Part shown: piece after piece, positions 43,100-50,438 of the stretch
How the letters are laid out: every line of letters starts with the position of its first letter
Position numbering within the stretch: the first letter of the stretch is position 1
Notes under the pieces: model-generated
Seen by the model: the letters and a program-made list of their open reading frames with translations, nothing else
What the model was told of the DNA's origin: nothing
The model's database searches: none
DNA from: Candidatus Margulisiibacteriota bacterium
GTDB taxonomy: Bacteria > Margulisbacteria > WOR-1 > O2-12-FULL-45-9
Assembly (NCBI GenBank): GCA_036448795.1
Contig: JAZFXQ010000057.1
Span: 1 to 52,932, forward strand
Direction: 5' to 3'
DNA: 52,932 nucleotides
Position numbers and translations under genes: made by a program

Positions 43100-44323
43100 C
43101 TATAATAGGTTAACATTTACCGAGGCATTTTCGGTTGAATGTTCAATAAGGAATTTTTCAATATGGCTTTGTACTTTCGCCGTCAGCACAGTGTCAAGAT
43201 GTCCAAGGTTTTCAAATTGCAGAAATACTTTGTTGCCTCTTTGCTTGCCGATGTATCCTTTTCCTTTAATAGAGGTTAATTCTTTAGGGTGTTGCTTATG
43301 TCGGGTAGCATCGAAAGCCGACTTCACTGTTTCAGGAGGAGCAAGTCCGTCTCTTTCTCCAGCGATAAAAAACATGGGGATTTCTGAAAAACCCATGTTA
43401 TAACGATAGCTGTATCGTCTTTTTGTCCTTTCTAGAACCCTTTTATAGGCCTTAGTATATTCTTTTATATTCGAATCATCTAAATCCTCTATATCTTCAA
43501 ATTCAGCCCAGCCGGGGTTGGATCTAAAATCTTCTGAATATGCCCAATCTTTAAATTGATCCAGCAACCCTCTCGGGATACCTTCAAGGACCTCAGAAAA
43601 TATTTTTTCGACAACTTTGTCATTCATATTTTCGGTATTATTCCCTAAAGTTTTTAGGCTTTTCTTTTTGATCTTTAAGGGTAATTTAGATGCATAACCT
43701 AAATAGTTTACCAGGGGTCTGTAGAGGAAAGCCCATTTATAAGCGCGCAGTAATTTCTTGGATAATTGCTCAGGATGCAGAAAGAAAGGACTGCAAATAG
43801 CGGTGATAGATTTTAATTTATTCAACATGAAATTCCTGGCAGAAGCCATATAGGCATAGATCATCATTGATCCCATACTAAAACCTGCCCAGTGGACTTG
43901 ATCGTGTCCGGTTACTTTTCTGACAAAATCTATGAATGCTGGAACATGATTGAAGAGAAGATTGTCAAAATCCAATTTTTTCTTTCCTTCGCTTAGCAGC
44001 TCAGCCGAAAAAACATTAAAATCCGCTAGGGCCAATTTGTTTTTTAAAGATCGGTTTGTTTCAAGCCCCATTCGGCCATCGTCCCCTAGCGCAAAAATTT
44101 CTCGATTGTGAGCTAAACCCGAACAGAGAATGACAGGCTCGCGATTAAGTTCGAGCGATTTCATTGTCCAGGTTTGAGTAATTTTGAAGGATAAATTGCC
44201 TGGGGTCTTTACTAAATATTCGCATTCATGTAATGATTGGGCCTGTCTTCCTGCTTTGGATTTGGCCAAAGAAGGCGTCGGTTGAAACTGGGATGTAAGT
44301 GTAATGCTTCTAAACCAGCGCAT
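43100..44323 (-). CDS. alpha/beta-fold hydrolase (lipase/esterase-like)
   Basis: GxSxG nucleophile elbow (HWAGFSMGSMM), a late HLD-type segment (NLGHLD), SD GAAGGGG. 407 aa, AT-rich. Confidence 0.65.
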   Translation of the reverse strand: MRWFRSITLTSQFQPTPSLAKSKAGRQAQSLHECEYLVKTPGNLSFKITQTWTMKSLELNREPVILCSGLAHNREIFALGDDGRMGLETNRSLKNKLALADFNVFSAELLSEGKKKLDFDNLLFNHVPAFIDFVRKVTGHDQVHWAGFSMGSMMIYAYMASARNFMLNKLKSITAICSPFFLHPEQLSKKLLRAYKWAFLYRPLVNYLGYASKLPLKIKKKSLKTLGNNTENMNDKVVEKIFSEVLEGIPRGLLDQFKDWAYSEDFRSNPGWAEFEDIEDLDDSNIKEYTKAYKRVLERTKRRYSYRYNMGFSEIPMFFIAGERDGLAPPETVKSAFDATRHKQHPKELTSIKGKGYIGKQRGNKVFLQFENLGHLDTVLTAKVQSHIEKFLIEHSTENASVNVNLL

Positions 44324-44386
44324 AGAGTTGCCCCTTCTACTATTTATCTGATTTTGGATTGAATAATTTCAGATGATTTGGGAGGC

Positions 44387-45898
44387 CTATTTTGTAATAC
44401 TGTGGAGAATATATGCCGCTTCGGCCCGGGAGAAATCCTTATTAGGCTCAAGGCTGTCTCCGGGAATATAATCTAACAATCCGGCTTTCTTCGCGGCAAT
44501 AATATTTGGGGCAGCCCAGTGGCTGGCAGGAAGATCAATGAAGGGAGATTCTTCTCTGATCGGCTTTAGGTTTGCAAATCGGGATAGGATAAGCACCCCT
44601 TCAACCCGGTTCAAGGTTTTTGAGGGTTGAAAAGTCCCATCCGGATATCCGCCGACTAATTTGATGTCTACGGCGGCCTTAATATAAGGTGCGGCCCAGT
44701 GTTTGACCGGAAGATCATTAAAAATTTGCTCTTTAGGTTTTGCAACCTTTATCTTTTTAGCTTTAATAAGTAGGGTGCTAAGCTCAGCTCGGGTTAAAGT
44801 CTTTTCTGGTTTGAAAGTCCCGTCTGGATATCCGCCGATGATTCCTTTTTCAGCTAGGGTTTCTATGGCTTCTTTAGCCCAATACCCTTGGGGCACATCC
44901 GAAAATCCAGGAGGAGCTTTAACTTTCTTGGGTGGAGCTTTTATTTTCTTTTCTGGCAGAAGATAGGAAAACGTGAAGTAATGGGTAGAATTTGCTGAAA
45001 GAAGGGTGTCTATGTAGTAGGCATAATCAAATGAAAATCCATTGGAGTTCAGACCGATTCCCAATCCCAGATTGGTAGTTGCTTCATTTTGGTTTATGGC
45101 AATTTGATCTAGCCCCCCTCGAATAGCGAGTAGCTCTGAATATCTCCATTCGACTCCGGCATGGAGTAGAAGGGGGGAGTTGCGGGCATAATCCAGGTCT
45201 CCCGTGATCAGTAAGTCATTTCGAGGAGTGTAAGCGCAACCGATCTTGGTATTGAAAGGGATTCCTTCTTTTTCTCCCGTACCCCAGGTAATTGAAGCAA
45301 TGCTTGCGGGCAGGGTGTTCTGCTGGGATACCCCGAGACTGAAATCTTTTCTCGGTTTCCAGAGAAGACCGAGGTCCATGTCAAAGCCGGAGGCAGTGCT
45401 TCCGGAAGAGCCGCTAAAGCCTTTGCTGAAAAGCTTCAGGGTGGCGCCGGCTGCCAGATTTTCCATGATCTCTTTTCCATAAACCAGGGAAATAACGCTG
45501 TTTGAATAGTCAAATGAAGTCCCGCTTGCCACGATTCGGCTGTCTGCATCCCGGGTAGCAATTTGAATCCCTGAGGTTAATCCACCAAGATAGGATAGTC
45601 CAAATGTTCCCCAGGGAGCCTGATATCCCCCGCCCAGCAGGGTGTAAGTAATCTCTCCCTCAAGCAGGGTCGTGTACATACTGGTTGCGCCCCAGCCCTT
45701 GAAATCAGCGGCATTAGCCGGGTTTATGAACATGGAGTTGATATTACCCGCAAGGCTGGCTGCGGTGCGGCCCATGGCCAGGGACCTTGCACCTACCCCC
45801 AGTTTCATGGGATCCAGCGAAGCCGCATGACAAATCCCAAAACCAAATGACAGACTTAAAATAATCGACAAAATCCAAATTGTAAGTTTAGTTATCAT
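44387..45898 (-). CDS. outer-membrane beta-barrel-like protein with three C-terminal SLH domains (paralog of 14198-15832)
   Basis: Signal peptide ..GICHA|A. GARSLAMGRTAASLAGNINSMFINPANAA is followed by alternating strands. Three SLH repeats follow (FSDVPQGYWAKEAIE.., FNDLPVKHWAAPYIKAA.., FIDLPASHWAAPNII..). Confidence 0.75.
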   Translation of the reverse strand: MITKLTIWILSIILSLSFGFGICHAASLDPMKLGVGARSLAMGRTAASLAGNINSMFINPANAADFKGWGATSMYTTLLEGEITYTLLGGGYQAPWGTFGLSYLGGLTSGIQIATRDADSRIVASGTSFDYSNSVISLVYGKEIMENLAAGATLKLFSKGFSGSSGSTASGFDMDLGLLWKPRKDFSLGVSQQNTLPASIASITWGTGEKEGIPFNTKIGCAYTPRNDLLITGDLDYARNSPLLLHAGVEWRYSELLAIRGGLDQIAINQNEATTNLGLGIGLNSNGFSFDYAYYIDTLLSANSTHYFTFSYLLPEKKIKAPPKKVKAPPGFSDVPQGYWAKEAIETLAEKGIIGGYPDGTFKPEKTLTRAELSTLLIKAKKIKVAKPKEQIFNDLPVKHWAAPYIKAAVDIKLVGGYPDGTFQPSKTLNRVEGVLILSRFANLKPIREESPFIDLPASHWAAPNIIAAKKAGLLDYIPGDSLEPNKDFSRAEAAYILHSITK

Positions 45899-45956
45899 TT
45901 TCTGTTATCTCTATTCTCCAACACCCGCTATAGTGTGTCAAGTATTTGGGGAAATA

Positions 45957-45965
45957 TGATATAAT
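45957..45965 (+). promoter_or_regulatory. extended -10 promoter, leaderless candidate
   Basis: TGaTATAAT lies 6 nt before ATG 45972 with no SD. Confidence 0.45.
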
Positions 45966-45971
45966 CAAAGC

Positions 45972-46997
45972 ATGGAGCGTTTTCTTAAAAGCCGCTACAA
46001 GATCGGTGAAAAAATCTCTGAAAATCCCTTTAGTGTGACCTATAAAGGGGCTTTCCTGGGCACCCATAAGCCGCTTGTCATAAAAATTTATAAGAGAGGG
46101 ACCCTGAATTCTGGCTTGATCAACCGCATGAAGCAGAAAGTCAGAGAGCTTTCCCTCATAAGTCATCATGGGATTGCAAAGTTGATCGACGGTGATTACG
46201 GCTGGCAGGGGTTTTACTACGTTCGGGAGTATATTAAAGGGGAAAGTCTTCAGCACATATTGGAAAGCAGTCAAAATATCGGGATTGAGAAGGCGGTTAA
46301 GATCGCTGAAGAAGTTTGTCATGCACTTGAATTTGCGCATAACAAGGGAATTATCCACGGGGCGATTAAACCTAACAATATTTTTATTGACTCACATGGG
46401 CTGGTGAGGGTAGCCGATTTTGTGATTGAGGGAGAAATCAAGGAGGCCATGCCGCAAAAGATCTTATCCCTCATGGATGATGGCAGGTATGCATCCCCTG
46501 AGGAATTGGCCGGAAAACCTGCTTCGGTTACCTCGGATGTCTACGCTTTGGGAATAATTCTCTATGAACTGGCCGTGAACCGCTGCGGTTTGGTTGAGGA
46601 AGGGCTCTCAAGCGGCTTGATAAAACTAAGGAACAAATCGTTATTGAATCAAGAAGAGCTGGCCAGCCTGCCGAGGTATCTCCAGGATGTTGTCAGCAGA
46701 GCCCTGCAAAGCGACCCGCAGCTGCGTTTCCCTTCAATGACTGAATTCCGTGAAAGCCTGGAAAAGAAAAATTTGGTCCTGAAGCGGCTTCCGCAGGAAG
46801 AATACATTACCCTTTTTGAAAACACGGTTACTCAATACGGCGGCGAGGAGCTTGATAAGGAAAGCGAGTCTCTAGAGGACTTAGGTCGGGTGAAAATTTC
46901 CTGGGGAAAAGAGAAACACAGGAATTGGATTTTGGCTTTGATCCTTGGAATAGCTTTTCTTTCTGGTATCTTATACGTATTTTTGTTCGCTTGGTAA
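45972..46997 (+). CDS. Hanks-type Ser/Thr kinase-fold protein with degenerate catalytic motifs (predicted pseudokinase) and a C-terminal TM helix
   Basis: Kinase fold markers are VIKIYK (Lys), SPE and the DFV segment. The catalytic loop reads IIHGAIKPNN instead of HRDxKxxN, and the Gly-rich loop reads ISENPFSVTY. C-terminal TM helix ILALILGIAFLSGILYVFLF. Confidence 0.78.
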   Translation: MERFLKSRYKIGEKISENPFSVTYKGAFLGTHKPLVIKIYKRGTLNSGLINRMKQKVRELSLISHHGIAKLIDGDYGWQGFYYVREYIKGESLQHILESSQNIGIEKAVKIAEEVCHALEFAHNKGIIHGAIKPNNIFIDSHGLVRVADFVIEGEIKEAMPQKILSLMDDGRYASPEELAGKPASVTSDVYALGIILYELAVNRCGLVEEGLSSGLIKLRNKSLLNQEELASLPRYLQDVVSRALQSDPQLRFPSMTEFRESLEKKNLVLKRLPQEEYITLFENTVTQYGGEELDKESESLEDLGRVKISWGKEKHRNWILALILGIAFLSGILYVFLFAW

Positions 46998-47011
46998 AAA
47001 CTTATCGGACT

Positions 47012-47674
47012 ATGCTTATTTCATATATTAGCTTTTATCTTATTTTTATTATCTCGATTTCCATCCTGATCGGTCTTCTTGTGTTGAGGTTAAATCTACC
47101 CAAGCCGCGCATGGTCATATCGATAATCGTCGCCATTATTATTTCGCCGCTCATCATAGGCTATCTTTATATTACCTATTTTACTTCTATTCCTGAAGCA
47201 GTTGTCCCGGACATGAGGGGTTTGCCTTTGGAAAAGGCTTTTGAGAAGCTTGAATCCCTGAAGCTTGAGGGGACCTTTGCCGGGACCGTATTTGATATGA
47301 AATATCCCGAGGGAAGCGTGGTGAATCAGCGGCCGGAAGGAGGGAGGATGGTTAAGATTGGAAGGGTGGTCAGGCTGGTGACCAGCTCCGGGAAAAGGAG
47401 GGTTATGGTTCCCAACCTTCTGGGCCGGCTTGCTGTTCAAGCTGAGGCTGTGCTGGCAGCCAAGGGTTTGCAATTGGGGAAAGTTGAACAGGATTTTGTG
47501 CCAGAGCTGGATTCGGGTATAATACTTACACAAAACCCCTTGCCGGGGGAAGAAGCGAAAGTTGGTTCTTATGTTAACATTACGGTTTCTGCCACAGAAG
47601 AACCAGAAATAATATTGGAAGCGACTGAGGAGGCAGAAGGCGCAGAAGAAGGAGGTTTTAAGTTTTGGTGGTAA
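47012..47674 (+). CDS. membrane protein with two extracytoplasmic PASTA domains
   Basis: Start at ATG 47012, 14 nt after the kinase stop. Two TM helices precede the PASTA units VPDMRGLPLEKAFEKL..VVNQRPEGG..VRLVTS and VPNLLGRLAVQAEAVL..ILTQNPLPG..VNITVS. Confidence 0.75.
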   Translation: MLISYISFYLIFIISISILIGLLVLRLNLPKPRMVISIIVAIIISPLIIGYLYITYFTSIPEAVVPDMRGLPLEKAFEKLESLKLEGTFAGTVFDMKYPEGSVVNQRPEGGRMVKIGRVVRLVTSSGKRRVMVPNLLGRLAVQAEAVLAAKGLQLGKVEQDFVPELDSGIILTQNPLPGEEAKVGSYVNITVSATEEPEIILEATEEAEGAEEGGFKFWW

Positions 47675-48339
47675 AATCTTCTAATAAACCCGGGATAAAG
47701 GTTGCCCCTTCCATTCTTTCAGCAGATTTTATAAATTTGGGGGCCGAAATAAAAAAAGTTGGAAAAGCCGGCGCGGACATGATCCATATCGATGTTATGG
47801 ATGGCCACTTTGTGCCAAATATTAGCATTGGGCCTCTGGTAGTGAAAGCTGCCAGGAAAGCCACCCAATTGCCGCTGGATGTGCACCTGATGATTGAAAA
47901 TCCAGATCGCTATATTCCGGACTTTGCCAAGGCCGGAGCGGATATAATTACCATACAGGCTGAGGCTTCAAAGAACCTGGATGAAGACATCGAGCTCATT
48001 AATCAAAACAATGTAAAGCCGGGGGTAGTGGTCAATCCGGATACCCCGATTGATTCCATCTTTCATGTTTTGGACAAGGTGGTTATGGTATTGATCATGT
48101 CGGTCAACCCGGGTTTTGAAGCCCAGAAGTTTATGCCGGAAGTTCTGCCAAAGATCAAGAAATTGAGATCAGAAATAGGAAAGAGGAAACTCAAGGTAGA
48201 CATCGAAGTCGACGGTGGCATCAATCTGGAAACTGCGCCAAAGGTGGTCTCCGCCGGAGCAAATGTGCTGGTGGCGGGGTCGGCTATATTTCACGCAAAA
48301 GACTACCAGAATGTCATCAAGAAATTAAAATCTTTGTAG
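47665..48339 (+). CDS. rpe: ribulose-phosphate 3-epimerase
   Basis: APSILSADF, HIDVMDGHFVPN and VDGGIN motifs. Non-ATG start (TTG 47665 or GTG 47668) after the SD GAAGGAGG. Confidence 0.88.
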   Translation: MVVKSSNKPGIKVAPSILSADFINLGAEIKKVGKAGADMIHIDVMDGHFVPNISIGPLVVKAARKATQLPLDVHLMIENPDRYIPDFAKAGADIITIQAEASKNLDEDIELINQNNVKPGVVVNPDTPIDSIFHVLDKVVMVLIMSVNPGFEAQKFMPEVLPKIKKLRSEIGKRKLKVDIEVDGGINLETAPKVVSAGANVLVAGSAIFHAKDYQNVIKKLKSL

Positions 48340-48358
48340 CTCCCTTTTTAAAAACACC

Positions 48359-48386
48359 TGAAATTTCACATTTTTTCTGCGGATAA
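48359..48386 (+). promoter_or_regulatory. sigma28-like promoter motif (site D)
   Basis: TGAAATTT cacattttttct GCGGATAA tatattagagagca. ATG 48425 lies 38 nt downstream. Confidence 0.6.
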
Positions 48387-48424
48387 TATATTAGAGAGCA
48401 CGGAAAGTTTTTGAGGAAAAAATC

Positions 48425-49222
48425 ATGTTTATAATGAGAAATAGTGTGCGTGCGGCCGGACCCAGGATTGCTTCCGGTAAAGAGATGAACGCAGATCAAT
48501 TATGCACTGCCCTGAAAAAAATACACAGGGGGGCGTCGCCCTGGATCTTTAACGCAACCGTTAGAACCCAGACCTCGCCTTTGCAACTCCGTCGGCTTGA
48601 CACTCGATCCTGCTATTGGATTGCCTCGGCCATGCCGATTAAGTTTAGCAGGTTTCTTGAATTCTTATCCGGCCTCAAAGGGAAACTCTTCAAGGCCTGG
48701 CTGATCTATGCGGGAAAAGAAAAGATCGAACACGAAGTTACTCTTACAAGTTCAGGGGTAAGCCTGGACGGGAGCCCTCACCAAACCAAAGGGCTGCCAG
48801 AGGGACTCGAGCTTGTTCGCCAGCAAGCGCCTGCTCTGATCAAAGGACAGACTTATAAGATCGGCATGAATGCGGGAGCGATTATTTTAGGCGAGCCGAG
48901 CGAGCATGGGCTGGGAATCGAAGCAAAATTACAGAAGATAGGGGTGAGCTCTTCATCATCCGGGTCGGAATCCAATCATTTTATGGCGGGAGTCACCGAT
49001 CTTGAGCAATTTCAAAGAGCTTTGTCGCCTCTGCTTGAGAAATCTGACTTCTTAGGACTGGAATTCGTTCAGCCCGCTTTATCGGTGGTGGTCAGAGAGG
49101 CCCGCATTTATCATGATCGGGTGAGAAAAAGTTTTTCTTGCGAATGTATTTTAGAGCCGGTGGCGCCTGAGATCGAGCGCAATCTGTTCAATGCGCTCTT
49201 TGATTCTGATACCAGGTCATAA
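48425..49222 (+). CDS. hypothetical protein (265 aa), no recognisable domain
   Basis: ORF downstream of motif site D. It is convergent with, and overlaps by 35 nt, the 3' end of 49188-50360. Confidence 0.5.
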   Translation: MFIMRNSVRAAGPRIASGKEMNADQLCTALKKIHRGASPWIFNATVRTQTSPLQLRRLDTRSCYWIASAMPIKFSRFLEFLSGLKGKLFKAWLIYAGKEKIEHEVTLTSSGVSLDGSPHQTKGLPEGLELVRQQAPALIKGQTYKIGMNAGAIILGEPSEHGLGIEAKLQKIGVSSSSSGSESNHFMAGVTDLEQFQRALSPLLEKSDFLGLEFVQPALSVVVREARIYHDRVRKSFSCECILEPVAPEIERNLFNALFDSDTRS

Positions 49223-50360
49223 GCTCAAATCTGATCGGAATATTTTCTAGGCAGTGTCCCGCCTCAGCCATTCTATTCTCCAAAGAAATAATCTCCCGGT
49301 TAATTTCGGTTCGGGTCAGATCTTTAAGGATTTTGCCGGAAGCGGAGATCGGGGTAGAGGAAAGGAGAAGACGGCGAAGAAGCTGCCGGATTGTCATTTG
49401 ATGCCCGTAAATATTTTCAAAATCAAATAATCGTTTGTGGGTCACAATGCGAATTTCGTAATTACCTTCTTTAATATCCTTTTGGTAAAGGCTGGGAAGA
49501 TCGAAGTTTTCAGGGTTTAAAAGAACGTCTTTCTGGGAGAGGGTTTTACGGTTTTTCCCCTTATATTGACTGCCCAATCCCAGGAACTGGAATATGAAAT
49601 CACCGAAACCGTAGCCATTATCGCCTTTTATTTCAAATATGATCAAGCGGCCGCTGTCCCGGTCCCGGCCGATAATGTCAAAAAACTCGATCTGGTTTAA
49701 GCTCCCCTTTTGAGAGAGAGTGGCATTGGCGTTCACAATTTCTATGTTTGTGTTTTGACCGATGTAAAGAATGGCTCTCAGCTCAGTGATCGCCCCTACG
49801 ATGTCGAAGTTGGTTATGTGGTTTGCAAGCAATCGATTGAGATATTTCTTAAAAAGGCCGTTGGTATTTTCCTCGGATAAAATCTTCAGGGCGTGAATGG
49901 CGTCCTGTAGCCAATCCTCGGTGAATTTTCCGCCTAATTTGTTCTGGATCCTCTGCTCAAAAGAGAGGGGTTGGGATGCAGCTGGAGAGGCGTTGTCATA
50001 AATGTCTAATATGCCTTGTAAGGGGCCTTGCGCCTTCTTTGCTAATTTATTTATTCTGCGATTATTTATTTGTATGCCTTGAACTTTATGCTCTAATATT
50101 TTTTCCAAATTATCTATGTGTTTGGGGAGCTTACTATGATCAAAAAATCTTGCGGGTAATGAATCTTTATCTAAGATTGCTGTTAATTTGTCAAATTTAG
50201 GTGCAAGTATTTTATGCGTTCCGAAAAGTTCAAGACCTTTAAGCGCAATGGTTTCCAGTCTGTCTCTTCGGATTGTATGGGGAGAGATAGCAGGCACGCT
50301 GCGCAATTTTAGCTGCGGGGTTGAATTTAATTTTCTGGCACCATTTAAGGATCCGGCCAT
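49188..50360 (-). CDS. hypothetical protein (390 aa) with a PD-(D/E)xK-like nuclease motif
   Basis: Start at ATG 50360 (MAGSLNG..), with GGAGGAG 8 nt upstream; the ORF-track start at 50393 is TTG and lies inside the promoter motif. The core IEFFDIIGRDRDSGRLIIFEIKG fits D-x(n)-E-x-K. Confidence 0.55.
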   Translation of the reverse strand: MAGSLNGARKLNSTPQLKLRSVPAISPHTIRRDRLETIALKGLELFGTHKILAPKFDKLTAILDKDSLPARFFDHSKLPKHIDNLEKILEHKVQGIQINNRRINKLAKKAQGPLQGILDIYDNASPAASQPLSFEQRIQNKLGGKFTEDWLQDAIHALKILSEENTNGLFKKYLNRLLANHITNFDIVGAITELRAILYIGQNTNIEIVNANATLSQKGSLNQIEFFDIIGRDRDSGRLIIFEIKGDNGYGFGDFIFQFLGLGSQYKGKNRKTLSQKDVLLNPENFDLPSLYQKDIKEGNYEIRIVTHKRLFDFENIYGHQMTIRQLLRRLLLSSTPISASGKILKDLTRTEINREIISLENRMAEAGHCLENIPIRFELMTWYQNQRAH

Positions 50361-50383
50361 CTTGTGACTCCTCCTGCATATAT

Positions 50384-50411
50384 ATATCGTCAAATTTCGC
50401 TCGAAATTTCA
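50384..50411 (-). promoter_or_regulatory. sigma28-like promoter motif (site B)
   Basis: Reverse strand reads TGAAATTT cgagcgaaattt GACGATAT atatatgcaggaggag, 23 nt before ATG 50360. Confidence 0.6.
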
Positions 50412-50420
50412 CTTTTTTAA

Positions 50421-50429
50421 TGATAAAAT
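50421..50429 (+). promoter_or_regulatory. extended -10 promoter, leaderless candidate for ribD
   Basis: TGaTAAAAT lies 9 nt before ATG 50439 with no SD and no room for a riboswitch. Confidence 0.45.
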
Positions 50430-50438
50430 AAAAGTCTG

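Noticed and set aside
46990-47015. Kinase/PASTA split as a frameshifted pseudogene
   Set aside because: The kinase ORF ends after a complete TM helix. The PASTA ORF has its own ATG and two additional TM helices that have no counterpart in a single-chain PknB. A sequencing error cannot be excluded without reads.
50361-50393. ORF-track start (TTG 50393) of the 49188 gene
   Set aside because: The TTG lies inside the conserved promoter motif itself (GACGATAT). ATG 50360 has a GGAGGAG SD at the correct distance.
50394-50438. FMN riboswitch upstream of ribD
   Set aside because: Only 45 nt separate ribD from the neighbouring promoter motif. They contain a TGaTAAAAT -10 placed 9 nt from the ATG, leaving no room for an RFN element.
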